Below are positions 49,315 through 64,000 of a DNA stretch of 64,000 nucleotides, piece by piece (the stretch's first letter is position 1; every line of letters starts with the position of its first letter). The notes below the pieces were generated by a model that saw nothing but the letters and a program-made list of their open reading frames with translations, ran no database searches and was not told the DNA's origin. This DNA is from Azolla caroliniana. Taxonomy: Eukaryota; Plantae; Polypodiophyta. The translations under genes and the position numbers were made by a program. Where the stretch lies: contig JBHGNT010000002.1 of assembly GCA_043228905.1 (NCBI GenBank), positions 26,164,001 to 26,228,000 of the forward strand, given 5' to 3'.

Positions 49315-50199
49315 TTCGTACTTCAATAGATAGATGTGGAATCTAAACAAAGTATATGGTAGGACAACATTTTTACGACTTGGGTTTATTATTCTTATAG
49401 AGCACATATGATATACACTAGGGTATTTATTGTTTCCTTCCAGATGTATCCATGCTTTTCTTCTATGGTACTACTACCACAACTCAAGTACTACAAGACG
49501 TTTGGCCTAAATTTTTGCATTGATTGCAAAATAGCTCATTGATTCATTACATAATTCTACAAAATCATACATAATTCTACAAGTTCCTACCTGAAATCCT
49601 TTGTATTTCTGGTGTTTCACTAACATGCACAAAAGCTTAAAACAAGACCAAATCTACCTTCCAAAAAAGGAGATCTTAAGTCCTTAATCAAATGTAACCA
49701 ACCATATGCATGATTTTACAAAGATAAAAAATAAATCAATAATGCTTTGTTGCTCAAAAGGAAAATAACATCTACCAGTACAATGTCGGGGCCTTCCAGA
49801 CAAAATTTTCTCTTCTCTCCTGCAAGAACAACATTGCATGTATTATTATAAAGTTCAATTTTCAAAATTTTCACAGAAAAGGAGGCCACCAGAACGTACA
49901 GAACGGAGCATTAACATATGCATGTATATATATATACAGATAAGCATGCATATACTCAAATAAATTAACATGTGAATATGCACATTCATACATATATAGG
50001 TACCCTATACCACAGGTGTGCACGGATAAATGTACATATATGTACATACACGGAGACATTCCCCGGGCACACAGACATGCATACATATATCATGCTCACA
50101 GGCATGTCCACATATACATATACCACACATATGCATACATGTAGATATATACATATACATGTAGATATATACATATACATGTATATGCACATATAGACA

Positions 50200-50525
50200 T
50201 ATGCTCGGCTATTTATGTAACATATATACACATATCAGGCCTGTGTGTATGTACGCGCATGTAAAGAAATGCAATCTAGGATCTAATTCAGGGGGGATTT
50301 CAAAGGGAAACAAAGGAATTCTTTTCTTTATGGTGAGTTTGTGTTATACTATACATGCGCACATACATGTGTACATGAAGATATATACACATACGCTCGT
50401 CTATGTATGTAAAATCTATGCACATATCAGGCCTGTGTGTATGTACGTGCATGAAAAGAAATGAAATTTAGGTGCCAATTAAGGGAGATTCCAAGGGAAA
50501 CAAAGAAATTCTCTTCTTTAATGTC
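50200..50525. repeat. Intronic ~190-bp diverged tandem duplication; another ~78-bp duplication at ~50905-51060
   Basis: CACATATCAGGCCTGTGTGTATGTACG...AAGGGAAACAAAG occurs twice, and GGCATATGCAATAGGGG occurs twice. Confidence 0.8.
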
Positions 50526-50666
50526 TGATTTTGTTTGTGTTTTCCGTTCGCGTTTTCTTTCAGGGCCATACCTGATCGTCTGCTTCTAGCCCTGGTTCAG
50601 CTTCACAGTCCGTGAGAGAGAAGATCTAAAGCATATGCAGAGGAAGGAAGAAGGATTAATAGAAAC

Positions 50667-50698
<32 letters not shown>

Positions 50699-51684
50699 AC
50701 AGAGCAAAATTTGGTTTCACACCTGGGACGCGGTCATTAGAAATTAGAGAGCTCAAAGACTTTTTTTCAGCCCAATGCTCCATTTTCTTGGCTGAAATCT
50801 CAAATTCAATTGAGGACTCGCATTTGTTTTTCTTTACCTCTCATCTCAGCTGGCACATCTACATACACGATCCAACCAAATAATGCTACGTACGATAGCA
50901 ATCCTAACCCTGAATTGGTACTTTTCTGTAATGGTGTGTGGCATATGCAATAGGGGCTGCTTTCCGGAGGGGAAATGGGAAATCTTGACCATGAACTGAT
51001 ACTTTTTCATAATAGTGTGCGGCATATGCAATAGGGGTTGCTTTGAAGGGAAATGGGTACTCAAAAAGGTTCATAATAACTCATCGGCTTGTAAGGATGT
51101 CACTTCCTATTGTTATGTTTGTTTGGTTCACTTCTTGCTTTGTTGGTGTGTTATTAGAACCGAGATTGTAATTCTACCACTTCGACGAATTGTAGATGTC
51201 GTGAATGCGGTGCCTTGATGTGCTCTCAAATCCCTTCAGGAAACAAGCAGATGAAACCTTTCTCTATGTACATTGACGTAGGCCCCATATGGTGTTGTTC
51301 TTGCAACAAATTGTAGGTCAAGTTTGTTGGCTTTTCAATATTGGGCTTTATGGATATGGTGGTCTATTCTTCGAGAAGTAAATTTTTGGCAACCACATTC
51401 TAATATATATTGTTTTTCTAGTTTTTCCCTTTGGATATCATACTTTATGTTTCTGAAGACATCAATGGGCATATTGTAAGCCCCACTTTTTTTAACATTT
51501 CCGAGCTCATGTGTCAATATTTTTTGTGGATTCTCCTTCCCTTCCAAGTTTCCCAGTCATAATACAATGCATAGATTCCAAAAGTATTTAACAAAGTGAG
51601 TTTATGTTTGATATAGTGAATGTGGTTATGCTTGTACGTGTTGCAAGCCATTCAAGTAGCTAAATATAGGTTTGTTGGAGACAT

Positions 51685-51724
<40 letters not shown>

Positions 51725-52039
51725 TCATTTTTCTATTTCTGAGATATTGGGGATTGTGTCATAATTGGAATATGCACAACGCTTTTGTATTTGATGGTAG
51801 ACATGGAGTGAAAGCATATCTACGAAATTTGAAGGGAGTACTAAGGTGGCAATTTTCTTTATTGGAACAAGTGGCTATTCTTTCCTCGGTGGCATGTTCG
51901 TCTTGCCTATTGGCAATTCAACATGTTCCACTACCCATGTAGTGTAGTTAGTGGGTGACCATAATCCATTGTCACACCCATTGTAAGTAGTGTTTTTTAC
52001 ACACATTTATTAATATACATAATTGTGTGTTTTCACCAA

Positions 52040-52070
<31 letters not shown>

Positions 52071-52663
52071 CTCCACGATAATTAACAAAGATTTTCCAAT
52101 GATAAATAGTTCAATTTGTGTCTAATCCTACGTTTATAACCACCATCAACTCTAAGAAGGTTTGCATGCGCTATATGTGAGTTTGTATCCTATGCATGTA
52201 TCTCATGTTTGCTTTCCTTGTCTTTTTTCCGCTTTCTGTTCACACAATTGTTTCTCCATTCCCTTTTTATGTTATTCATATGTTTGTGTGGGCAAGTGCA
52301 TGCGCAAAAATACATCATTTTAATGCACAACTAGTTCAAAAGACATAACAAAACATATTTCGATTAAAAAGAATACCACATGTGTTACATCCTCCTCATA
52401 AACACGATGTTAACATGGCACAATAATTTTCTCTCTCATAACGATTGGTTAACAATTGTTATACTTTAGAACTGAAACATGATAGAAAAGCTAAGTCATA
52501 CTTGTTCATCCATTACATATGTCCATTGTTAACTATTCTTAAAAGGGTTATGTTTGAACATCATATCTCAATATCATGTTAGGTGTCAACTGTTTTAAAC
52601 ACTAAAAACATTTGATAAATCTTATGTTTTGGCAAAAATACACACTTGTTTCAAACTTTGCTC

Positions 52664-52720
<57 letters not shown>

Positions 52721-55700
52721 CAAGAGTTAAGACTCAAGCATCATATTGTGAGTCTTGACCCTTGACCGAGTAATAATGTGCCCATCCATATCTTACGTGC
52801 TTCCTCCAAAATACATGACTTAAAAGTCTAAGTCGATATAATTATAGTTTTAAAACCTCATTCTTCATACATTTTGGATAACGATAATTTCGCATTCACG
52901 ACACTTTAAACTAAAAGATCTCCACACCTAGATCCCCAATTTTGTATTGTGATAATCTCTTTAATGAAATCTTTTCCTTTTCTATTGCTTTAAGGAATGT
53001 TTTTATGTTCAATTCAGATAGAATTTATTAGACCCATACAATTGAACACTTTTCTCTTTTGAGAAATGGGAGTAGCTTTTTAGCATCACATTAACAAGGC
53101 TAGGCTTTAATCAAGGGTTGGAATCCATCCAAAAATATGTAGATGGAAACTTAATGTCACATACATCAATCAAATGACAAAACACATATTTTATTGACAA
53201 TAATTTCTTGATTGTGAACCTAACTCCCGCTCACTCAAGGAAAAAAAACCATTCTGATTCAAAGCCTGTGTATAGACAAGGTGGTGCATGTAATCAAAGA
53301 TAAATAGTCACATCTCTAACGATTCCATGGAGATATTTTCACATGCTTAGTATGGGTCATCCTCATTAAAATAACTATAGGGAGGGACTAATTTGGACCA
53401 TAATTGCATGGTGACAAGGTTTATTTTTATAGCTATGACTCATGAATCACAATACAACAACATAAAATAAACATTTAAGATTATTTTATTACTTGCAAGA
53501 AGAAGACAAACGAATGTTTGGTTTTCAAATGGAAGACTATTGATTGTGTGTAAAGTTTTCACAAATGTTTAAACAATATTAAGTTGACAATGACTGTGAG
53601 CATACAAAAGCATTAGCTTATGATAAGATGGAAGAGTATAACTTATTTTGTAGAATCTACAGATACTTGTAATGAAGTCAAATTGATGTATTGTAGGATC
53701 AATTCAATTGTAAAATTCACACAGTACATCAACATAATAGTGTATGCATTCACACCTCAATATTGGTGGAGTTATCACATTGTGTAATTAATAAACTACA
53801 ACATCAATGCTTTAACAGTTTTTTTAAAAAGAAAAATATATAATAGACTTAGTTTAAGATTAATTTATGGCCATTGTCTCACGCTTTGTCTGAATGTTCA
53901 CACTAAATGAAAATGAATAGAATCCAAGAGATAAGGATGTAAAATAAAAAAGAACTTGTATTCATTTATATGCTTATATATTTTGATCATCAGCATACTC
54001 CTTCGAGGAGTGCAAACCTTCCCTTCTTTTCTCTCATTTTGCTTTTTTCCACATAATATGTGATGCTCCAAGTTTGGCCACTAACTCTACTAACTCAACT
54101 CTTGCTTCTTCTAATCCATGTCAGCCCATTCTTTTTATTTGAAACAAGTTGGCACAAATGCTACTTGTCACAATTGAGCTCACGTGGAATTCCAAGACAG
54201 TCGCTACAAACAGTAAACTTTCTTTAGTATGGAAAATAGGCATTTGTTGAGGCCACCAATACCACACAACATGTTCCAAATTAACATAGGATGCTATATA
54301 TCAAGCCAAACCACCCTCCTATTACCCATTGCTCACCAATTCTACACATAGGATCAACGAGAGAGATAGAGACAGAGAGAGTAGTACGAATGCATTTCTA
54401 CACCATGCAATGACATTATATGGACATGACATGCATGGGAATTAGGGCTCCCTAAAGAGACGAAATTAATTTCCATGCATCGGTTTTTTACTCTCTCGTA
54501 CATCTTTCTTTAAATTAACCGATCACTAAAAATCATCACCCTAAATATTGGATAGAGGAAATGAGAACACACGTAAAAACCAAAAAGTTGTGTGGTCAAA
54601 ATATCATTAAACCAACATAGGAACGTCTGCACGAGTACCACAAAACATCATTCATTACTTGTAACTTGTAATAAACTATCATGCTACAGTTTGTATACAG
54701 TATCTTCATTTCTATGTTCAATCCTAGTGTTATACTTTCCCAAAAGGGAAGACTTCATGGCAATTGGAATCTCCTTCTCGACTTTACTACTGACAAATAA
54801 AAAAGATAACTCGTTGTTGTAAAATTGTATTTTAACATTGATGAAATAACGTTTTTTCATTTGCAAACATTTTAATCACAACAAAGGAAACTTGAACGTT
54901 ACAATTTCATACTTACAAAGTGCATCAAGCATCAGGCATCAAGCAATTTTGTGAAAGCTTCCCATATAAATTTAATTCAACAAAACTGAACATGCTTTGT
55001 GTTGATCAAGCAATGTAGGTTTTGGCATTGATTTTGAGAAGTTTGCATTCATCACATGTTGGACAATGTGTTCAGATATGCATGGGTTGCACGTATTATC
55101 CAAATGGTTCCATAAACTAGGTTGCCTCATTTATTCTACCAATTCCTTCAAACTTTTCTTGCTCCCGGTAGTTAGATGTCTTATATATTAGGCCCAAATT
55201 GCAATGTCATCATTGTGAAAAGTCAAGTTGCAATCCCATGCTTTAAAGAGAAAATAATTAGTGAATTACATACACTATTGCATGGACCTTGGAAGAGGAG
55301 GTCAATTCTAAACATGTCATAAAGCTGTAGAAATCAACAGAAAGGCGCAATTCACTAGAGTTGTAGTAAGAGAAGATAAGAGAAGCCATTAACAAACATC
55401 ATATGTTACAACAAGTGAGCGCATCGCATCGATATATTCGTGACCCATGAATGTAGAATTTAGAAATCCTAAATTTCTCATGTCAATATAATGGTGTAGC
55501 AAAGTCCATTTTGCAATATTAAAGTTATCGATTAAAAGACACTACATATTGTGCCCAATGGGTACCTACTACATTACTTCTCTATTCATTTTAAATGATA
55601 ACCCATTGTGATTTGGTGAGTCATTCATAATATTCAAGGGTTTAAATGATGACCCCAGAAATGCTACTATGACAAAAAGAAATGTGTAGCATAATTACCA

Positions 55701-57587
55701 AATAAAATGTACAACAATTGGCTACAGTAAAATTACATCTCGGAACCAAAAAATGAACTGCTCAAATGTCCACTTCAACTACACATGATTAACATAACCG
55801 CAGAATACTCTGAAATGGCAAAGCTTGGGAAAGGAGCCATTCAAACACTATCAAATCTATAGAATGAACCATACGTATCATACGAGCATTCTCATTCGCG
55901 TTTGATTCAATAAAACGTGAATGGTAAATCAACTAAAAGTTAGATTGGTTTGACACGTTTGATTGGATTAACTATGGTCTATATTATGGGCTAAATTTGC
56001 AATGTAAACAAATGAAAAAAAGAAAAAAAAAGAGCACGTATTTTTCCCCTTTCTAACGTGTACGTTTTCAAACGTTTGAATGCCTCCATGAACACGAATA
56101 TTACGTTCTATGATCAAATCTTAACAGCTATTCATCAAAAATGTTAAAGTGAAACACTCTAGTGCCAACCCTTCTTTTCATACATCTGCCCTCCAGACTA
56201 TGCTCGTAAATTACCTTGCGGATCACTCTCTATATCTATTAACAGTTGAAAAATCTTTTGTTGCTAGGTTCTTCTCAAAGGAACCTTTTAGGGATAAACT
56301 TCATAATCTTCTGGATCTTATTACCAAATGAGGGTATGTAATTGCATTGTGATACTCATCCTTGAGAATTTACATACACAAAACATGCATCGTCGATTAG
56401 TATGTTAATTCAACATGTAAAGCATGCGTAGTTGATTAGTGTGTGCAATATGGGCCTCAGCTTGGGATTGGGTGGGGTAGACAGAAAAAATATGTTGACA
56501 AACAAAGGCCAAAAATATCATGTGAAACAAGTCCAGATTACAAACACAAAAGAATTCATTTATTTCATACTAAAACAAAAAAACTCTGAATTTGGTCTAG
56601 AATACCTTGAAATTTCTATCATTTGGGATGGGAGTAACACGAAGAAAGAAGACAAATGAAATCCAAAAGTAAAACAAAGAATTATTCTAAAAAATAGGAA
56701 GACAAAGAAACCCTAAAAACAAAGTGCAACTAAACACCAGGATAGCTTAGAAAATAAAACAAGTTAGAAGACTGGCAAGATGTCATTATCATAACCAAAT
56801 TGTCTCATCTCACATGATAGGTACAGACTTTACACCATAAACCTTTTGCTCTAACTATCAAACTAGCTCAAATCATACACAATGTCTTACAAGTCTCCTC
56901 ACTTAAGAAACCTACATATAATTTCGCTACAAAGAGTATGACCTAAGTCAACACATCACTGACTAAAATGCTTGCATAAATTATTCGAAGTATTACAGCA
57001 ATCCTATCTATCATCGTTATGGGACATAAAAGAGTCATTGCAGCAATGTTAAAGATCACCATAGCCCGAACTGCTTAGAAACCTAGACAACAAAGTTCAC
57101 TTCCTATTACCGCATCCTCTGAGGATCTTCATATAATAAACCATAAACACACCCGAACATATGTAACATATGCTAACCAGGTACAATTCAGGTTTGATAA
57201 TTAGGCTCTTGTTTTACACTAATAATTATGCTAACCAGATTCATGGATAGGTATCACAACATCAGATGAAGATAACTCAAGCAACATGGTTCAATGATGG
57301 CAGAAGTATATATAATAAATAAAGACTTTAAAATTCACTGAGAATGAATGGATCAGAAGTATATCTCATCAATGATCATATAGTTTAAAAGGTAAGAGGA
57401 CATAATAAATAAACACAACATTTACTCAAATCGCATCAAAACATGGACCATGTTACAATTAAAACCTAGTTTCCCACTTTTCTATGAAATGATCAACTCT
57501 GCCAAAAGCATTAAAAAAATTGGACTGAAAAAAGGAATGCCTTTTGACTCACAAGTTCAGTTCAAAACTTGATGAAAATATCACTTT

Positions 57588-60500
57588 TTATGCTCCAACC
57601 AGTTCAGTCTCAACCTTGACCTCAGCATCTTCTGCAGGCCTGTCTACTTTCACACCAACATCTTCGCTATAATCTCCATGTACCTAGTAAAATACACAAC
57701 ACTATTTTATAGCCATCATTCATTAAAGATGCCACACCTATCACAAGAAATGACTCTGAATACTTCATAGGCAGAAAAAGGAAAGAGGGAAAACGGCAAG
57801 AGAGCAATACAAGTGAGTACATATAAGAAAAGAAAACACAATTTAGAATATCCTAAAACACACTCTTGAGATTAAACTGCTTCAAATTCTACTGCAAATT
57901 TCTCCTTCAACACTCTTCACAAAGGAGAGAAAGACAAGCAAATATTTAATGACATATATGATTATTTATCTTTCTCCAAACAGATTTTTCAAGAAATTTT
58001 AAATAATATCTGCTAATTTTATAAGTATTTCTACTGATTTAAAGGCATAAACACTTAAGAATCACTAACCTCCATCAGCTTTCCTAAATCAAACTTTGGT
58101 GCTTTCAGAATCTTCACTTTCCTGATAAGGGTGTTCTGCAATGGATAAATCCCTGCAGTAGCCTTCTCGATCTCCTTTCCAATACTTTCTGGAATGAACT
58201 TTGCCACTAGCTCCTTCAAATCACAGGACTGAGACTCTTTAATCATAATTTCCGTCATTTTCTTACGAATCTGCATTTAGTAAGTGGAGAAGATTACATC
58301 AGATAAATAACAACTAGAAACTTGACACTACACAGCCTTTTGACACATTGCCTTAAATATAAACCCTCTAAATCTCAAGCACTGTTTGTCAAATATTGAC
58401 TTGCACACAAGGTCTAAAGCATTTTCATCTCAAACGAAAATCTTGTGGTGAAGCACTTTGCACACATGCAATCCTCTTATTTCATGCAAAACATTAACAA
58501 ACAAACATCTTACCTGGCGAATTTGACTACTTTGAGCATAACATGTTTTCTTGATCTGATTAGGCCGTTTCTTGGTAAAAGCAATGCAAAACAGCCTCAG
58601 TGTGTAATTATCAGTTGTTTTTACATCAACATGAGCCTCTATCAGTGACTGCCATTTTCGAACAAGAGATCGCAGACGATCAGTTGTGAAGTCCATGCCC
58701 TGAATGCACAAAATAGATTTATTAATTGTAAACAACTACAAATAAATAAAAACCAAACAATAACCACCAAAAACAAGTTCACTCATTGCCTACACTTCCC
58801 AAAATAACAAATCTAAATTCAGTGACAGCAACCCACAAAGCAACTTCAATCATAAAAATCAGAGGTATTTCAGGGATTTTATCTAGATCCTTAGCTGTAA
58901 ATCATCACACAAGAAAGTAAATTTCATAACATATTAATGCCTACAAAGTCTCACCCAAAAATTTGTGAGCACATTCCTTCCCTGTACATCTTCAGCACGA
59001 AGCTTAATCTTGCGGGCAGCCTGATCTTCATCTTGTTGAAGATCAGCAAGTGAGCATTCAAAAACCCTTCCTTTCAAACCATCCGCAGCAATCTGGGAGA
59101 GATTTAAAATAAAGAATCAGTGATGCGTGAATACCAAGACCACACAAATGAACTGTTTGCCTCGTTCCACAGGGACTAAAAAGCACAAATATAAAAAACC
59201 TACCCTACCTCATTCTACCAAACTTCTATTAGGTCATGCCATGATAGTAATTTAATATGCCTTAACAATCCATTGTATATATCTGCCTGACCATGACAGA
59301 AGTTGGTAAATGTCGCAGTGTCATCAATTCCATGCCAACTAGAGGGAGAAATGAGTGGTATTTACAATTTCAGGTTCCGGTCTTAACAATTTAGGTGATG
59401 ACATAATCCAAAGTAAACAAATGTCTATTAAAAAACTTTATAAGGCAATGTCAATCTAAGGGACTTGTTTTTGTCGGTTTCTTCTTAGTTGTTTCATAAA
59501 AATATACTATATCTACAACTCAAAATGTCCTATCTCCAATTGGATGTTTCAGCATGTTGAAAGTTGTACAGAAAAACTGGGAATTGAAAGCAAATTCATA
59601 TGATTTAATTTGCAGGCAAAACGAGAAAAAACCTACTAACCTTGGTACCCTGTGTTCTGGTCACAAGAGTCTTGCCAACAGACCTCTGATTGAAAATAGA
59701 AGGTGCCTTGATATCATACCAATCCTTCTTCGAGAAAGGATCGACACTATACCAAATCATTGACCGAGACATGAGATAAAGCAAATATATTATCGGTTTT
59801 ATAAATTAAGAAAGAAAATGCAGTAAATCGAACTAAACTTAGCAACGATTATGTAGTGCAATATCAGGAACTGGAAGTAATTTATTCAACAAGGAATCGA
59901 GCTCAGAATTTAGAGTATCTGATAATAGGATGTTGCAAGTATCTAATATTTACGAGCTAAAAAAGAAGAAAATGTAGGAAGTCGAACTAAAGTACAGTAG
60001 AGAGATAATAATACAATACGGAAATAAATCCTCATTACCAAAGGTAAAGTGTTAGCTTCATACGAGGTAAATGCGACAATTTAAGCTCTCGATGGAAAGG
60101 ATTTCATGATTATGAAAATTCAACGAAAACGACATAAATGTAGGATTTTTAACAGCTTACGGAAGAAGAAAGAACGAAATAACGAGATAGTATTGATTTC
60201 ATATAACACCGTGAAAAGATAAACGAATGCATCTATGGTCAAGTAGATATTTCAAGCAACATTCCAAAAGAACAGAACATGCAGTGAAAACATCCATGGA
60301 AATAAATAAAGTGCACAATCAACGAGCGAGCTATGAAAAGAAAATGCTTTATGAAAGAACTCTTAGGAAGCGAAAAAGAGATGTGACAAACTGCTTACAT
60401 TTTTTTCTTGCCTCCTTTCTTTCCCTTCGAAATTCTCTTGTTCTTCCTGCAACAAATGGACAGCAGCCAGAAGTCATTTCAGTGGCCCAGACAAAAGAGA

Positions 60501-60597
60501 GTGCATGGATCAGATGATCTATTTCCAATTAAGAAGCGAATACAGGTACAAAAACAGAGAATCAGGGAACGAAAACCGGAGGAGAAACTGAATGCGC

Positions 60598-60632
<35 letters not shown>

Positions 60633-60754
60633 TGTGTGTGTGTGTGTGTGTGTGTGGTTGAGTGCTGTGACCAGCTTGCAATGAAGGAGGAAGGCAACAA
60701 AGAGAGAGCGAGAGAGAGAGAGAGAATGAGAGTGAGATCTTACCCGACCGCCAT
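57588..60754 (-). CDS. RPS3A: 40S ribosomal protein S3a (eS1), 7 exons: 60744-60754, 60399-60446, 59641-59746, 58955-59092, 58514-58699, 58070-58270, 57588-57683 (261 aa)
   Basis: Splices to [35 protein letters not shown]...[28 protein letters not shown]...[14 protein letters not shown]...VGA*. All introns are GT-AG and the CDS totals 786 nt. Confidence 0.97.
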
Positions 60755-60874
60755 GACTACTGTCAACGAAGAAGCAGAAGAAAAAACAGTGACGACGACG
60801 ACAGCGGCGACGACGAAGATCTTCGCGAAAGGAGGTACAGAAGCTCTCCTTCTGCATATTTTAGGGCAACATCA

Positions 60875-60920
60875 AAACCCTAGATTTCGAGGGAAAGAGA
60901 GGCCGTTTCACACTTGGGCT
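60875..60920. promoter_or_regulatory. Telo-box (AAACCCTA, 60875-60882) and site II-like TGGGCT (60915-60920) upstream of RPS3a
   Basis: This motif pair is typical of plant ribosomal-protein promoters and lies 120-165 bp upstream of the ATG. Confidence 0.6.
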
Positions 60921-61027
60921 CTACACTTTTGTCCGGACATAACTTTAGAGCACCCCCCCCCCCCCCCCCCCCAATGCTAATGCTATTTGTGTGTGTGTCT
61001 CTCTCTCTTCTTCTATTTTCTCTTTCA

Positions 61028-61105
61028 GTCTTTACCCTGGTGGTAAGTTAATACACTATTAGCATTGTGTCTTGGGTTCGAAACCTAATTATCCCGTATC
61101 TCTAT
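61028..61105 (+). mobile_element. tRNA-derived SINE-like element, relative of 7078-7155
   Basis: CCCTGGTGGTAAGTT...CACTA..AGCATTG...GGGTTCGAAACC. Confidence 0.6.
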
Positions 61106-61129
61106 TCCCTTTCTCTATACAAATGAATA

Positions 61130-64000
61130 TGCGCTCTTCTCGTGATGAAAATGATCCCGACCAATTTGGGAAGTTACTCCTATGAATGTGCAATATTACC
61201 GAATTCTTGATTGCAAATGGTGTTTCCTTATGACCCAACACTAATGGTTTTACATGTAGAAAACACGATGGAAATAGTGTAATTGACTATGTGCTACTTT
61301 CCGAAGGTATTTTGGATCGTATACATAAGTTCTGACTTGGTGAATGGACACAGAAATTCGATTATAGGGCTTTATGTACTGACCTCAAATGTATGCATAG
61401 GTTGGATTGTAAGAATGTCATTGAAGATAATACACGGCCCCACTTAAGGATGAACCTTAAGCGAGCGCACCCATGTATTCCAAAATAGTTGAGGATATGT
61501 TACAAATGACAAAGACACAACATGGTGTCACACATATAATGCAAATGGGAAACTTTTAAGAAAGGCATTCTCTCATGCATAGATGAATGTTTTTCAACCA
61601 AGCACACATCTTGGAAATGCATCAAGAAATGTAGTTCAAAGAAAAAATGGTTTGATAAAGAATGTCGTGAAGCTTGAAAGCGCCTTATGATTTTGGATAT
61701 AGTTAAGGATAACGAAAATTACCAAAAGCATTTGCAAGAGTACAAAAAGGTTTGTTCACAGAAATATAAGAATCTGAGAAGTTACTCGACAATTTCTCTA
61801 AACACGAGAGAAAGTGCATCCATGTGCTAAATTTTGGGAAAATCTAAAAGGGAAATGTGTTGAGAGTTATGGTTACTTAACTATGCGTTGTAAGAACCTA
61901 TATGAGCCATGTCTTTGCCGGAAAGGTGATGTGTTATGGTACTCCTTCACATATGTCTCCCTTCTTTACAATCGAAGATATTCATAGGACTTAAGATTTT
62001 GGCCTCTCGAAAGGCAAGCGATCTTCAATGTATAAAGGCGAAAAGCCTCAAATGGACGGGAAAGGAAGCACATGTATGGATAAACGATATGTTTAATCAT
62101 GCATTGCAACATGGTATGTCGTACGATTGGACTACAAATTGGATCAAACCTTTACATAAAGGTGGAGATGTAAATAATGTAAACAACTATTGAACCATCA
62201 TGGTTGGCTTGCTAATGACAAAACTATTTGGATGTATAATGGAATCAAAGATAACTGTATGGGCTAGAAAAAATGGTAAGAGAGCTTATGGACAAGCTGG
62301 CTTTCGAAAACACCATAGCATTATTGATCACCTTGTCACCCTTCGAGTATTAATGGAGGAAAGTTGCCTTAGAGTTAAAGGTTTATATTGTTGCTTTGTA
62401 GACTTTAAGAAAGCTTTTGATATGGTTCCTCGTGAACATCTTTGGATGTGAATGGAAGAACTCAACATGCTAAGTGAATATATGTTTGCAATCTCTCGAA
62501 TATATGAGAAGGTTATATGTTGTGTGCGTATGAGTGATACACTTTTAGTTTTTTTCAATAGCACTATTGGTGTTAAGCAATGATGCCCACTCTCACCAAC
62601 ACTATTTGGTCTATGCATTGATGAATTGGAAGAAATGAATGCTAAGTGTAAAGAATGAGAGTGGCATGAGTGATGTTGTGCAGCGGAAGTAAAGTGTGTG
62701 TGCGTGTGAGAGAGAGAGAAGCAAAGAGGAGAGGGAGAGAGAGCTGTTAACAAGAAGCTATATTAGTGAAAAAATAAATTACATCCAACAATATCTAGAT
62801 TACAAAGAGTTGGTTTAAATACCAGCTAATCCAGGACAAGTGCCCTTTTTACTAATTACAAAACTAGCCTAGTATGATGTCCACTAGCTAGTGTGAACAC
62901 TATCTCTAAGGGAAGTTGAGTTCGATTCTCAACACCAAGTTTGTAAAGGAAGAAGGTGTTGACGAAGTTACAATTGGGAATGTTGTGATTATGTTTTTGC
63001 TATATGCAGGTGATGTAGTGCTTTTTGCAAATACTCTAGGAGATGCACAAAAGCTTACGGAGGCATTGGAATTTTTTTGTATGCATACTAAATTAAGTGT
63101 CAATGGCTCTAAAACAAAGATTATGCATGTGAAGAGCCAAAAGAAGAAGAAGACATGCATTGTGTACAATAATGAGCCACTTGAATGTGTGGAGAGCTTC
63201 AAATATCTTGGCCTTGAAGTTCCTTCCAATCATGGATGGAATGAATGTGCTACACGCCGCTTAGAGGTGGGAAAGCGAGCATATTATGCATTTGAGAACG
63301 CATGTAATCGTGGAGATATTAAGTGTTGGGTCCTCAAGAAATACCTTTTCGACACTTTTGGTCACAACAGTGCTTCTCTATAGGGTGGAAGTATGGGGTT
63401 GTAGCATCCCTAAATCTACTAGAAAGAGTTTGAAAATGTCCAAAAACATTTTCTTACAAAGTTTCTACAAGTTAAGAAACAAACACCATACATCCTCCTC
63501 CTTGAGACAGGACCACTTCCCATTGAGATCATGGCCATGGAAAGGGGTGTTGAATACATGCTTAAGGTTCAAAAAAGTTCCTTGCATCGACTTCCCATAA
63601 CCACATGGGAAGCAAGCAAAAAGATCTAAAAGACGCATAAAAGCAATTTTTTGTGTTCTGGTTGGATGCAATATGAAAAGGTGGTTTGGTAGATGGGATG
63701 CAACACATTTGCTTCATGATGCATCATTGGATTTCTCTGAGGCATTTTTGCAATGCTAATGTATCATGACATGGGAAAAATGTGGAGGCTCATGCTTCAC
63801 AAATTATACTAGAAATTTTGCACCTAACTACAAAACCATATTCTTCGATGAACAAGGAAACCGTACACATCGATAAATGTTAGAGCCCATTTGATTGGTT
63901 TCCATTCAAACCATTGCTTCCATATGACTTAGCTCACATGCATTGCGATGTGAGACGAGGCTTTGGGGCACAAGTGATGAGAGCGGTTGACTATGCACAC
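61130..64000 (+). pseudogene. Degenerate RTE/RTEX-like LINE ORF2
   Basis: IKPLHKGGD..NNY, QAGFRK, CFVDFKKAFD, GVKQ*CPLSP, YAGD (YADD), FKYLG and HALRCET, with many stops and frameshifts. Confidence 0.85.
62647..62934 (-). mobile_element. Solo LTR (288 bp) inserted in the LINE relic
   Basis: Termini TGTAAAGAAT...ATTCTCAACA and TSD CTAAG/CCAAG. The LINE reading resumes on both sides (EEMNAK|FVKEEG). Confidence 0.75.

Noticed and set aside
54430-54480. Short hairpin ATGCATGGGAATTA/TAATTTCCATGCAT as a miRNA precursor
   Set aside because: The stem is only ~14 bp, too short for a miRNA/miRNA* duplex.
57684-60743. Intronic C/D snoRNA in RPS3a introns
   Set aside because: No convincing C box and D box pair with a terminal stem at suitable spacing seen by eye; an Infernal/snoscan run would settle it.
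60408-60980. 190-aa plus-strand ORF and other ERERER/LSLSLS/CVCVCV ORFs
   Set aside because: Products of microsatellites and antisense overlap with the RPS3a 5' region.

Overview
Eukaryotic plant nuclear DNA: AT-rich, with GT-AG introns and many (GA)n/(CA)n microsatellites. The retroelement spectrum suggests a non-seed land plant, probably a fern (inference). There are three host genes, all on the minus strand: exon 1 of a YUCCA flavin monooxygenase (1131-1904, rest outside the window), an uncharacterised plant-family gene with GW-rich repeats (~48-50.8 kb), and a complete 7-exon RPS3a/eS1 gene (57588-60754). Between ~15.7 and 46 kb is a nested transposon cluster. It contains a full-length L1-type LINE with a 16-bp TSD, a hAT MITE carrying a solo LTR, and a tRNA-Trp-primed Ty3/gypsy element flanked by a 447-bp duplication. 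It also contains an intact, very young chromovirus, a TIR element with a palindrome array, and several LINE relics. Main observations: (1) three different LTR families carry a tRNA-like A-box/B-box module at the same (U3) end, antisense to the element; (2) the Trp-primed element has a GGAUUUU-UAG slippery site plus a pseudoknot placed after the protease; (3) the chromovirus has a self-priming PBS and a GUUAAAC frameshift signal; (4) the 447-bp target duplication adjoins a clipped LTR end. All alignments and counts were done by eye.
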